A stretch of 64,000 nt of DNA from Bacteroidota bacterium (lineage in GTDB: Bacteria; Bacteroidota; Bacteroidia; Flavobacteriales_D; Crocinitomicaceae), in contig JBDLVT010000006.1 of the NCBI GenBank assembly GCA_039804625.1, positions 7,159 through 71,158 of the forward strand. Direction: 5' to 3'. The notes beneath the pieces were generated by a model. That model did not search any database, was not told the origin of the DNA, and saw nothing but the letters and a program-made list of their open reading frames with translations. The position numbers and the translations under genes were made by a program. Of this stretch, positions 36,380-44,950 are shown one piece after another. Numbering within the stretch: position 1 is the first letter of the stretch; each line of letters opens with the position of its first letter.

Positions 36380-38143
36380 ATGAAATACTTATTGTCTTTT
36401 TTGTTGCTCACCACGCTTTGTAGCCGCATAGAAGCACAACGTTTAGCTCCAGTTGATACCCTTAAACAACAAAATCGCACCTTCGGTGATCTCCAGGCCT
36501 TGTCGCAGCAAATGGATGGTTTTGGTGCTAGTTTCTTTTTCAATCCTACGCAAATTCTGCCAGATGCCGCCGATTTATACCAACTTGGCTGCACTACCTT
36601 CGCTCGACCCCAAACACTCCTCAAACCCCTCACATTTTCAGCACTGCCGCATCTAGGTTTTGGCTACGGTTTTGGCGCACAGGGTGCACAGCGTATCCGC
36701 GTAGATTTTGAGCAGGCTTTCACACATGGTGTTTTATTCAACTTGCGCTATGATCGCTGGCAACGCACGGGCTTTATCCGCTCAGATGAACTGCGCTTCA
36801 GTCAATTGCAGCTCAATTTATATCAATCGGGAAAACGACATGAAGTGTTGCTGCATTTTGGCAATGCCAACGATGATCGCCAGTGGGCAGGGGGCTTGGC
36901 GTCCTACACAGCCCTAGGCAGTATTCCAATGGATTTACTCCCAGTTGTAAAGGAAACGGCTCGCACACAAAAAAATAGTTACCTAGGTAGTCTTGACTTC
37001 CGCTATCGATTGATTGGCGATTCTGTCAATGCCCTCTATTTAACGACGGAGCATCAATATCAACTTAGTAAGAGGCTTTATCTTGAAGAGGGGCCATTGA
37101 GTACGTTTTACCCGCAAACTTATTTCAGTCCTGATTCTTGTGCAGATGCTTTTGACCAACAACGCATCGAAAATCGCATGGGTTTGCAAGTGCTAAAACT
37201 TGGTTTAGAGTGGAATACACAAATGGGCCTAAGACAAAGGAAGTGGTCTGATGCGCTTACACAATACGACACGCTAGAAGTTAATTGGCACAATCAGCTA
37301 CTGTTCAAACGGGCTACACATGATTTTGCGCATGAAAATGAATTCAATATCATTGGTGCTGCGCAAGGATGGCATGCCAATAGCACCTACCGTTGGGCTC
37401 AAAAGAACTGGAAAGTTGCTGTGGAGCACCACTATGCCAATGAATGGCCGATGTTGTTGCAGCGCGCTTACCAAAGTAACCTCACTAATTACTTCTGGAA
37501 CAATCCACGAAAACAGTTTTATCAGGAGTTGAGTGCGTTGGGAGCGTTTCAGAATGTTTCTAAAACACTTAGCGCTCAAATGAAATGGAGCCTCATTCAG
37601 TACAAAAATGCCTATCGTTTTGATCCACTACTGCTACTTTGGTCTACTACTACTGCGGCCTCAGCTGGTCAATTGGCGACTATTCAAACTGACATCAGTT
37701 ACACTTTGCCCATCAACACAAAAACGCCCTCAAATGGTGCCTTGGTGTTAGGGTCAAAGTACAAGTACTTGGCACAAAAGGATGCTTTTTTACCGAAGCA
37801 TCAAGCCGCGCTTACTTTTGCCTGGCAGGGCGGTATTTTCAAAGACAAGCGCTTAAATATGCGCGTAGAAGGTCAAGTTACTTACCAATCAGTGAGTAAA
37901 ACTCTTGTATATCTTCCGTTTATGGAGAGCATGGATTGGGTAGCGTCGCAACTTGGGGCGGTGAATATAGCTTATTTGAATGCGCAATTCAACGTGGCAC
38001 TCGAAGTAAAGACCTTCAGGTTTTTTGTGAATGTAGCTAATCTAGGCAGTTATTGGAACGATGCACAGCTTACTACGGTGCAAGGATATCCGTTTCCAAC
38101 CATGCAAATCAGGTTGGGGCTTACTTGGGATTTCTGGAATTAG
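36380..38143 (+). CDS. Putative outer-membrane porin-like beta-barrel protein
   Basis: ATG 36380 gives signal peptide MKYLLSFLLLTTLCSRIEAQ; the longer ORF start at 36344 lies inside the rpsT terminator. Long beta-rich sequence ending ...IRLGLTWDFWN (terminal aromatic). Confidence 0.6.
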   Translation: MKYLLSFLLLTTLCSRIEAQRLAPVDTLKQQNRTFGDLQALSQQMDGFGASFFFNPTQILPDAADLYQLGCTTFARPQTLLKPLTFSALPHLGFGYGFGAQGAQRIRVDFEQAFTHGVLFNLRYDRWQRTGFIRSDELRFSQLQLNLYQSGKRHEVLLHFGNANDDRQWAGGLASYTALGSIPMDLLPVVKETARTQKNSYLGSLDFRYRLIGDSVNALYLTTEHQYQLSKRLYLEEGPLSTFYPQTYFSPDSCADAFDQQRIENRMGLQVLKLGLEWNTQMGLRQRKWSDALTQYDTLEVNWHNQLLFKRATHDFAHENEFNIIGAAQGWHANSTYRWAQKNWKVAVEHHYANEWPMLLQRAYQSNLTNYFWNNPRKQFYQELSALGAFQNVSKTLSAQMKWSLIQYKNAYRFDPLLLLWSTTTAASAGQLATIQTDISYTLPINTKTPSNGALVLGSKYKYLAQKDAFLPKHQAALTFAWQGGIFKDKRLNMRVEGQVTYQSVSKTLVYLPFMESMDWVASQLGAVNIAYLNAQFNVALEVKTFRFFVNVANLGSYWNDAQLTTVQGYPFPTMQIRLGLTWDFWN

Positions 38144-38164
38144 GAAGAAAGCTTCGGTTCGGCC

Positions 38165-38185
38165 TAAAATCGACACAGAGTCGAC
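38165..38185 (-). terminator. Weak candidate terminator directly after sucD stop
   Basis: The minus strand reads GTCGAC-TCTGT-GTCGAT followed by TTTAG: a 6-bp stem including one wobble and a short T run. It sits between convergent genes. Confidence 0.3.
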
Positions 38186-39058
38186 TTAGTGACCGAGTAC
38201 TTCTGCCATTTTAGCACCGATCTGAGCAGGAGAGTCTACTACGTGGATGCCACACTCGCGCATGATGCGTTTTTTCGCCTCTGCGGTGTCGTCTGCACCA
38301 CCTACAATAGCACCAGCATGACCCATTGTGCGTCCTTTTGGTGCGGTTTCACCAGCGATAAAACCAACTACTGGTTTGGTACCGTTTTCTTTGATCCAGC
38401 GTGCTGCAATAGCTTCTAAGTTACCGCCGATTTCGCCGATCATGACAATACCTTCAGTATCTGGGTCGTTCATGAGGAGCTCTACTGCTTCGCGAGTAGT
38501 GGTGCCGATGATTGGGTCTCCACCGATACCGATTGCCGTAGTAATGCCCATTCCTGCTTTGGCAACTTGGTCCGCTGCTTCGTAAGTGAGGGTACCAGAC
38601 TTGGAAACGATTCCAATTTTACCTTTTTTGAAGACAAAACCTGGCATGATCCCTACTTTGGCTTCGCCGGCAGTAATGACGCCTGGGCAGTTTGGACCGA
38701 TGAGCCTAGTTTCAAAAGCTTTGATGTATTCTTTTGCCTTGACCATGTCGTTGACAGGAATGCCTTCTGTAATGCAAACAATTACTTTGATACCAGCTTC
38801 GGCAGCTTCCATAATGGCGTCTGCGGCAAAGGCTGGTGGTACAAAAATGATAGAGGTGTCGGCTTGGGTTTGAGCAACGGCGTCAGAAACGGTATTGAAA
38901 ACTGGACGATCTAAGTGGCTAGATCCGCCTTTTCCTGGGGTAACACCACCAACCACGTTTGTGCCAAATTCGATCATTTGGGTGGCGTGAAAGGTACCTT
39001 CGCTACCTGTAAAACCTTGAACAATTACTCTGGAGTTTTTATTTACCAATACACTCAT
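38186..39058 (-). CDS. sucD: Succinate--CoA ligase subunit alpha
   Basis: [22 protein letters not shown], and the phosphohistidine loop GHAGAIV. Confidence 0.96.
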   Translation of the reverse strand: MSVLVNKNSRVIVQGFTGSEGTFHATQMIEFGTNVVGGVTPGKGGSSHLDRPVFNTVSDAVAQTQADTSIIFVPPAFAADAIMEAAEAGIKVIVCITEGIPVNDMVKAKEYIKAFETRLIGPNCPGVITAGEAKVGIMPGFVFKKGKIGIVSKSGTLTYEAADQVAKAGMGITTAIGIGGDPIIGTTTREAVELLMNDPDTEGIVMIGEIGGNLEAIAARWIKENGTKPVVGFIAGETAPKGRTMGHAGAIVGGADDTAEAKKRIMRECGIHVVDSPAQIGAKMAEVLGH

Positions 39059-39080
39059 AATATCATTTTTTTTTGCGAGT

Positions 39081-39088
39081 CAAATTTA
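39081..39088 (-). promoter_or_regulatory. Candidate -7 box TAAATTTG for sucD
   Basis: Exact TAnnTTTG on the minus strand, 22 nt upstream of ATG 39058. Confidence 0.45.
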
Positions 39089-39093
39089 AACAT

Positions 39094-39537
39094 TTATTTG
39101 GCATCAATAACCTTCATTTTAAAATAGAGGATTTTATCTTTTCCGATGCGATCGGTTCCGCTCTGGCCATAAGCGAGTTGAGGTGGAGCAATACAGCGCA
39201 ATTGACTCCCGACAGGCAAACCGTAAAGGGCTTCTCTCCAGCCTTTGATGACGCCGTTGAGGGGTAGGCCAATTGCCTGATCCTGAACTTCAATGATTTT
39301 CCCGGAAAGTAATTTGAGTGTGTAACTGACCCAAATGCTGTCTTGAATTTGGATGGCTCTACCAGTGCCTAGTGAATCTATTTTGAGGTATAAACCACTG
39401 CCTGTAGGTTTGAGATTCAATTTGTATTTCTTGTTGTAGTTTTGAATTTGTGTTTCAAATTTACTGAGCTCAGTTGTTGAATAGCCACAAGCGCTAAGTA
39501 TTACGACCAAGCTTAATATGAGTAGCAGTGGCTTCAT
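39094..39537 (-). CDS. FKBP-type peptidyl-prolyl isomerase lipoprotein
   Basis: ATG 39537 gives MKPLLLILSLVVILSACG (lipobox). C-terminal FKBP: VSYTLKLLSGKII...GVIKGWREAL...PPQLAYG...ILYFKMKVIDA. ATGA overlap with the upstream methyltransferase. Confidence 0.8.
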   Translation of the reverse strand: MKPLLLILSLVVILSACGYSTTELSKFETQIQNYNKKYKLNLKPTGSGLYLKIDSLGTGRAIQIQDSIWVSYTLKLLSGKIIEVQDQAIGLPLNGVIKGWREALYGLPVGSQLRCIAPPQLAYGQSGTDRIGKDKILYFKMKVIDAK

Positions 39538-40259
39538 ATTTTTTCTAAAACAGCTAAAAAATGTTCTTCTACTGAGTAAGCCCTGCGACATTTGAAGCCA
39601 CAATCTGTGGCGTGTTGGTGTAGGGTGTCGTAGTCGACGTAGAGCCATTCAAATTCAGGGCCACTCACTTTTTTGTAGTGCATCTGGAACTTGAAGTTGC
39701 CGTAGTAAGCTGAATTGAGGTCGAGCCAATAACCTCCGTCTTCGTCCTCATAGAGATATTTTACATCTGTGGAGTCGGCGATGAGTCGGCCACCAGGCAA
39801 GAGGAGCTCGTGCGCTTTTTTAAGAAATGCAGGCAGGTTTTGGAGATTTTTTGCCAAACCCATCCCGTTCATTAGGGATAAAATCGTGTTGTATTGGGTT
39901 TTGTTTTGGAGGGCATAAAAGTCTATTTGTTTGGCGTCAATGCCATTTTCTTTCATGTAGGCTACAGCTCCGGCGGAGAGGTCAATAGCGCTGACTTGGT
40001 GTCCGCGGTCTTGCAAAGCAAGTGCATGCACGCCTGCGCCAGCTCCGATGTCTAGCACCGCACCTCTGCATTGATCTAAAGCATTTAGTTCGAGTTCGGG
40101 CATCTCTTCTTCTTTGCGGAATAAAACTTCAATGGGTATGATGTCGTCGTCGCAGAGATCTGAGCTGACAATAATGTCGAAGGGTTTTCTGAATTTGGCG
40201 TAGTCTTGGATGGCTTGGCCAATAGGGTCGCCAGTAGTGGCGTTGGGCTTAGTATTCAT
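39534..40259 (-). CDS. Class I SAM-dependent methyltransferase (substrate unknown)
   Basis: Motif I VLDIGAGAGVHAL, then acidic D at ..VSAIDLS.. and post-I LLPGGRLI. ATG 40259 chosen; the longer ORF from 40418 lies inside the upstream gene. Confidence 0.8.
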   Translation of the reverse strand: MNTKPNATTGDPIGQAIQDYAKFRKPFDIIVSSDLCDDDIIPIEVLFRKEEEMPELELNALDQCRGAVLDIGAGAGVHALALQDRGHQVSAIDLSAGAVAYMKENGIDAKQIDFYALQNKTQYNTILSLMNGMGLAKNLQNLPAFLKKAHELLLPGGRLIADSTDVKYLYEDEDGGYWLDLNSAYYGNFKFQMHYKKVSGPEFEWLYVDYDTLHQHATDCGFKCRRAYSVEEHFLAVLEKI

Positions 40260-40812
40260 ATTCGCTGTAATCGTTGAGGTCGTCGTCTGCGTAGTCGTCG
40301 TCAAAATCTTGAAAACCAAATTCGTCTTCGTCTTCGTCGGTATCGGCAATTTGATTTTCGGGACCGAAAAGATTTTCGTCGAGCATTGATTTGGTGCTTT
40401 CTTTTGGCGCGTTGCCAATAGCTAAGGCCATAACCGGGCTTTCAGGAGCTTCTTTTTCGTAGGCGATGAGTTCTATTAAGAAAATCCACATGCGCATGAA
40501 GTCGTAGACCAAAATAAAGCGTTGGTCTGGTTCGGTAAGGAAATCTTGTATGCAAGCTTGTTTCATGACCGAAGCCGGTTCGTCTATGGCGTCGTCGTCG
40601 TAGGACATGTCTAGTAAAGAGAGTTCATGGCCTTTGTCCCAGCTGTCGTTGGAGACATAAAAGCTGGCCATTTGATCGCCGTTGAAGCCAAATGCAGACA
40701 TAATGGCGTGGTAAAAAGTTTCGAAATCGGCGTCGTTGGCGATAAGGATGTCTCTAAAGACTTCTTCGTTTTTGTCGCTATCAAGCAATACGCGAAATTT
40801 TAAACCGGGCAT
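40249..40812 (-). CDS. PRiA4_ORF3-like (plasmid pRiA4b ORF-3 / MM3350-like) domain protein with acidic-aromatic C-terminal tail
   Basis: MPGLKFRVLLDSDKNEEVFRDILIANDADFETFYHAIMSAFGFNGDQMASFY... resembles the PRiA4_ORF3 domain as I remember it. Tail: DTDEDEDEFGFQDFDDDYADDDLNDYSEYEY. Confidence 0.6.
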   Translation of the reverse strand: MPGLKFRVLLDSDKNEEVFRDILIANDADFETFYHAIMSAFGFNGDQMASFYVSNDSWDKGHELSLLDMSYDDDAIDEPASVMKQACIQDFLTEPDQRFILVYDFMRMWIFLIELIAYEKEAPESPVMALAIGNAPKESTKSMLDENLFGPENQIADTDEDEDEFGFQDFDDDYADDDLNDYSEYEY

Positions 40813-40840
40813 GTTGTTGGATTTAGGATAAAGGTAATGA

Positions 40841-42277
40841 TTATTCAGGCTGTGGAGCCACAACGACCGCTTTTAAACCGAGTTCTGTACCAAAACGCAG
40901 CATTTCGGCAAAGGCCTCTTGGTACTCGTTGGCGATGTGCCCTTCGAGAATGGCATCTTTGATGTGCATTTTGATGGTGCCAATTGCCGAACACGGGCCA
41001 ATTTGAAAGGTATCCATAATGAGCTGGCCTGAAACGGGCGGTTGGAAATTGCGCACGCGGTCTTTTTCTTCTACCAACTTGAGTTTTTCGGAGACGAGTT
41101 CAAAATTTTGCTTGTAGCGCTTGACTTTGAATTCGTTTTTACTCGTGATGTCGGCGTTGCACAATAGCATAAGGTCGTCGATGTCGTCGCCAGCTTCATG
41201 CAGCAATCTGCGGATAGCGGCGTCGGTAACTGAGCCCTTTACCAATGCAATTGGCCTGAGGTGTAGTCGGACCAATTTTTGGACATATTTCATTTGGTGG
41301 TCAAGCGGCAAGCGCAGCCGTTTAAAAAGTTTCGGTACCATTTTGGAGCCTAATTCTTCGTGACCGTGAAAGGTCCAGCCAACTTGTGGGTCAAAACGCT
41401 TTGTAGGGGCTTTGGCGATGTCGTGCAATATAGCAGCCCAACGCAGCCAAAGGTTATCGGTGTTTAAGGCAAGGTTGTCTAGCACTTCTAAAGTGTGCAG
41501 GAAATTATCTTTGTGTGCTTTGCCATCTCGTGTTTCAATGCCCTGAAGCGCTGTTAGTTCGGTAAAGAATAAATCGAGAAGACCCGTCGCTTGCATGAGC
41601 TTGAAGCCACGAGAGGGTTGCTTTGTCAGGATGATTTTGTTGAGCTCGTCTGTGATGCGCTCTTGCGAAAGTATTTGCAGCCTATCTGCGTTTGCTTTCA
41701 TGGCCTCCAAACACGGAGTGGTAATTGTAAATTCAAAACGCGTGGCAAAGCGAATGGCGCGAAGCATGCGCAGGGGATCATCGCTGAAAGTAATATGTGG
41801 GTCTAGTGGTGTACGGATGATACCGGCGTCGATGTCGGCTTGTCCGTTGAACGGATCGATGAGCTGACCAAGTGTTTCGGCACGCAGACTAATGGCCATC
41901 GAATTGATGGTGAAGTCTCGACGGTTTTGGTCGTCTTGAAGCGTACCTGCAACGGTTTCTGGTTTGCGCGATGCCGGGCTGTAAGATTCTTTGCGGGCAC
42001 CTACAAATTCGATGTCGAGGTCTTTGTACTTAAAATGAGCAGTGCCAAAATTTTTGAAGATGTTGACCTTCTTGACCCTTAAAATATCTGCTGTTGCACG
42101 CGCAAGTGCCGGGCCATCGCCAAGTACTAAAATGTCGATGTCTTTGCTAGGGCGGTCCATAAGGAGGTCTCGGACCCATCCGCCAATAACGTAAACATCG
42201 AGCTGTTGCTCAGTTGCGTACCGAGATAATACTTTAAATACGGGGTGTTTGAGGTGACTCGCGTAAGAAACATCCAT
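40841..42277 (-). CDS. Class II nucleotidyltransferase (CCA-adding / poly(A) polymerase family) with C-terminal HD domain
   Basis: Head domain VYVIGGWVRDLL...SKDIDILV, RRDFTINSMA, LRAIRFATRF. HD region: AAILHDIAKAP...HGHEELG. ATG 42277 (MDVSY..) preferred over TTG 42286. Confidence 0.85.
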   Translation of the reverse strand: MDVSYASHLKHPVFKVLSRYATEQQLDVYVIGGWVRDLLMDRPSKDIDILVLGDGPALARATADILRVKKVNIFKNFGTAHFKYKDLDIEFVGARKESYSPASRKPETVAGTLQDDQNRRDFTINSMAISLRAETLGQLIDPFNGQADIDAGIIRTPLDPHITFSDDPLRMLRAIRFATRFEFTITTPCLEAMKANADRLQILSQERITDELNKIILTKQPSRGFKLMQATGLLDLFFTELTALQGIETRDGKAHKDNFLHTLEVLDNLALNTDNLWLRWAAILHDIAKAPTKRFDPQVGWTFHGHEELGSKMVPKLFKRLRLPLDHQMKYVQKLVRLHLRPIALVKGSVTDAAIRRLLHEAGDDIDDLMLLCNADITSKNEFKVKRYKQNFELVSEKLKLVEEKDRVRNFQPPVSGQLIMDTFQIGPCSAIGTIKMHIKDAILEGHIANEYQEAFAEMLRFGTELGLKAVVVAPQPE

Positions 42278-42283
42278 GGGATG

Positions 42284-42291
42284 CAAAGTTA
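42284..42291 (-). promoter_or_regulatory. Candidate -7 box TAACTTTG, 6 nt upstream of the nucleotidyltransferase ATG
   Basis: Exact TAnnTTTG on the minus strand. ATG at 42277. Confidence 0.45.
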
Positions 42292-42324
42292 AGCGTAATC
42301 GCCGAAATGTGAAGCTATCTGTCT

Positions 42325-42924
42325 TTAGAAATCATCTTCATCTTCGTCATCTTCGAAGAAATCCTCGTCTGGCTTCTTGTAGTTGAGCAATTCGTCGTCG
42401 AGGTCGTCGTCTTCATCGTCAAAAAACTTTGGACTCTTCCCGCTCTTTTTGTAAGCATCCATTTTGGGCTTTTTGTTGCGGTTGTCGTCTTCAATTTTAC
42501 GATCTTTTACGTTCGCTTTCTTGCGGGGTTCTACCTTTGGTAGGATAAAGCCTGCCGCTGGAGTGGCGTCGTCGTCGTGGCGCGCATCGGATCGGTGTGC
42601 TGGTGCGTCATTGGATCTTGCTGGCGCGTTGTTATCTCGGGGTGTAAAAGGTCTTGGATTTGGATTCGAACGGTTGTCGGTGCGTTGTTCGGCTTCTTTG
42701 ACTGCCAAAGCACGTCCATTGATGACGTGGCCATCTAGTGCAGAAATAGCGTTTGAAGCCTCTTGGCGATCGGCCATTTCGACAAATGCGAATCCTCTCG
42801 GTTTTCCGGTTTCGCGGTCTGTAGCAACAGTAGCTTTGAGAACTGTACCGTAGTTTTCGAAAAGTTGGCGCAACTCCTGGTTACTGACGCCAAAATCAAG
42901 TTTAGCAACAAATATACTTGTCAT
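42325..42924 (-). CDS. RRM-type RNA-binding protein with long disordered basic/acidic tail
   Basis: RNP-2 IFVAKLDF and RNP-1 KPRGFAFVEM in residues 1-80, followed by about 120 low-complexity residues ending DEDFFEDDEDEDDF. Confidence 0.85.
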   Translation of the reverse strand: MTSIFVAKLDFGVSNQELRQLFENYGTVLKATVATDRETGKPRGFAFVEMADRQEASNAISALDGHVINGRALAVKEAEQRTDNRSNPNPRPFTPRDNNAPARSNDAPAHRSDARHDDDATPAAGFILPKVEPRKKANVKDRKIEDDNRNKKPKMDAYKKSGKSPKFFDDEDDDLDDELLNYKKPDEDFFEDDEDEDDF

Positions 42925-43071
42925 AATGTGATTTAAACAACACAGATTTAGGTAAATACTAATCGTTCTTGCTCCGAAATTAGAATAAAATTGAAAAACT
43001 GCCTACTTTTTGAAAAAAAATATTCAATTGATGTCCGTAATTATGCCTCATCAGGCCTGCTTGAAAAGAAT

Positions 43072-43079
43072 TATATTTG
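43072..43079 (+). promoter_or_regulatory. Candidate -7 box TATATTTG, 4 nt upstream of ATG 43084
   Basis: Exact TAnnTTTG. No convincing -33 TTG at the usual spacing. Confidence 0.4.
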
Positions 43080-43083
43080 CAAA

Positions 43084-43332
43084 ATGCGCTTAGTACGTCA
43101 AATAGCTCACGAGCATTTTTTAATCTCGCTGCACCAATACAACGATAATTACTTGTTGAGTATTACCCTAGATAACTACCAACAACAATTCAAAGTTCCC
43201 GTCTCCGATCTTCAAAATATCGATGCCTTCGAACAATTACTAAGCCCTGAATTTTACTCGGCTTGCCTGCAAGATTTCATCCGAATGCGCGAGCGCTGGC
43301 TTCAACTTTTAAAACCACTTCAACATGACTAA
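43084..43332 (+). CDS. Hypothetical 82-aa protein
   Basis: ATG 43084 lies 4 nt after an exact TATATTTG -7 box. 8-nt overlap with the downstream Skp-like gene. No recognisable motif. Confidence 0.45.
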   Translation: MRLVRQIAHEHFLISLHQYNDNYLLSITLDNYQQQFKVPVSDLQNIDAFEQLLSPEFYSACLQDFIRMRERWLQLLKPLQHD

Positions 43333-43912
43333 ACTACTTTATTTCACCATCGTATTGGCATTAAGCGCCGCGTGTTCTTCGCCAACCCCTCCAAAAAAAG
43401 ATCAAACACCGAAAGTGCCTATTACACGACTAGACGGCTTGAAAATAGCCTACTATGCCAACGATAGCATTAAAAAGTACTTTGACTATTTTAAAAAAGA
43501 AGAAGCCGTCGCCGAAAAAAACCAAAAACGCTTTGAAAAAGAACTGCAAAAGCGCAACCAGGTTTACGAAAATTACATCGTGAAAAAAGATCAAGAAGCC
43601 CGTGCCGGATTGCTTTCGGATAATGAAATAGCAATGGTTCAGCAAAAAGCGCAGCAAATGCAAAACGAGCTGATGCAATATCAACAAACTGAAGGCGCAC
43701 GCATCGAAAAGCAAACACTCAAATCCTTAGAAGCGATCAATAAAAAAGTGGAGCTGTGGGGTAAAAAATATTGCGAAAAACACCACATCGACCTGCTTCT
43801 GATACAAGGTCAAGGAGGGCAAATTAACTACGTCAATAAAAAGATGGATGTCACTAAAGAATTCATCAATTTCCTTAACGAGAACCAAAGCTCCATCGAA
43901 AAAGAACTTTAA
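43325..43912 (+). CDS. OmpH/Skp-family periplasmic chaperone lipoprotein
   Basis: Lipobox LALSAAC followed by a long coiled-coil-like K/E/Q-rich region, typical of OmpH. Confidence 0.75.
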   Translation: MTKLLYFTIVLALSAACSSPTPPKKDQTPKVPITRLDGLKIAYYANDSIKKYFDYFKKEEAVAEKNQKRFEKELQKRNQVYENYIVKKDQEARAGLLSDNEIAMVQQKAQQMQNELMQYQQTEGARIEKQTLKSLEAINKKVELWGKKYCEKHHIDLLLIQGQGGQINYVNKKMDVTKEFINFLNENQSSIEKEL

Positions 43913-44464
43913 ATGCGCCCAAATCCAGCCCTCCAAAACGAAAATGTCGCCGAATATTTACTCTATATTTTTCAAATAGAGGCGCTTGTTCGCACCATCA
44001 ACCTCGACATCACGCGGCTTGAACACGAACTATTGGCGCCCGCTTTTACAGATCCATCTCAGCTAGAGCATCAGCTCAGTTGGTATCGCACAATTGTTGC
44101 CGAAATGCAGCAACGCGGCTTACAAAAAGAAGGGCACCTCGATCAAGTGGAAGAAATCCTAATGGAATTGATTTATCTGCACAATACACTGCTCACCATC
44201 CTAAATGATGACAAGTATAAAGGATTGTGTGAACATGCCCATGATGCACTGCAAGCGTTTAAAGTTAAGTCTAACATGGCCACCCGTCACGATATCGAAG
44301 TGTTGCTGCATGCTATGTTTATGAAGCTTCAACTCAAAATGAAAAAACAAGAAATCAGTGCAGAAACAGAGGCTGCCTTTGATTTATTTCGCATTCAGTT
44401 AGCTTATTTATCCAAAAATTACAAGCGCATGAAAGCTGGCGAACTCAATTTCGTCCAAAACTAA
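43913..44464 (+). CDS. Conserved hypothetical protein (DUF4924-like)
   Basis: 183-aa all-helical protein abutting the Skp-like gene. The family name is from memory of similar Bacteroidota proteins and is not verified. Confidence 0.5.
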   Translation: MRPNPALQNENVAEYLLYIFQIEALVRTINLDITRLEHELLAPAFTDPSQLEHQLSWYRTIVAEMQQRGLQKEGHLDQVEEILMELIYLHNTLLTILNDDKYKGLCEHAHDALQAFKVKSNMATRHDIEVLLHAMFMKLQLKMKKQEISAETEAAFDLFRIQLAYLSKNYKRMKAGELNFVQN

Positions 44465-44497
44465 GCCCGAGGGTTCTTCAAAAATCGCCGCTTTTGT

Positions 44498-44950
44498 TTA
44501 GGTGTTTTTTGGAAAACTGCGCATTGGTTCAATGCTACTTAGTTTAGCATCAATCTCATAGACCAAATGCTCTTGTCCATTACTTAAAATAAGACACGCT
44601 GCCCCGATCATTTTCTGATACGTAGAAATTTGCATAAACACCTCATGACTGAGCTTGATTTGCGGTGCTTTGCATTCCACTAAAATGGCTGCCTCAAATT
44701 GTGCGTTGTACACAACGACATCCCAACGGCGCGTAAATCCATCGTACTGGATTTGCTTTTCTACGGCAATTTTTTCAATCGGATAACCTTGATGTAAGTG
44801 TAGGTATGAAATGAGGTGTTGGCGCACCCATTCTTCTGGTGTGAGTACAATTTGCTTTTTACGCACCAAACAATTGACGAAGATACGCCCAGCTTTGCTA
44901 CTGAGTTTAAGTGGTGCAGGCGGCAAGTTGAGTTGCGGCAACAAGGACAT
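44498..44950 (-). CDS. Stand-alone HsdR_N-like (type I restriction enzyme R N-terminal, PD-(D/E)xK-like) domain protein
   Basis: LTPEEWVRQHLISYL...RRWDVVVYNAQFEAAILVECKAPQIKL matches the HSDR_N pattern. No helicase, methylase or specificity partner is present. Confidence 0.65.
   Translation of the reverse strand: MSLLPQLNLPPAPLKLSSKAGRIFVNCLVRKKQIVLTPEEWVRQHLISYLHLHQGYPIEKIAVEKQIQYDGFTRRWDVVVYNAQFEAAILVECKAPQIKLSHEVFMQISTYQKMIGAACLILSNGQEHLVYEIDAKLSSIEPMRSFPKNT

Noticed and set aside
40249-40812. PRiA4_ORF3 / IS1096 passenger-type domain as a sign of a mobile element or plasmid insertion.
   Set aside because: I saw no transposase, integrase, terminal inverted repeats or target-site duplication. 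The gene overlaps housekeeping-type neighbours on both sides.
724-40863. Longest-ORF starts at 724, 7056, 7066, 14433, 21586, 23917, 25853, 36344, 39648, 40418, 40863 and 42991.
   Set aside because: Each extension overlaps the upstream gene, a terminator or a -7 box, and lacks the signal peptide or canonical N-terminus that appears at the downstream ATG. The downstream starts were used instead.
44498-44950. HsdR_N-like protein as evidence for a restriction-modification or defence locus.
   Set aside because: It is only a 150-aa stand-alone N-terminal-type domain. There is no helicase/nuclease body, HsdM or HsdS anywhere in the window. It is the translationally coupled last gene of a housekeeping array.
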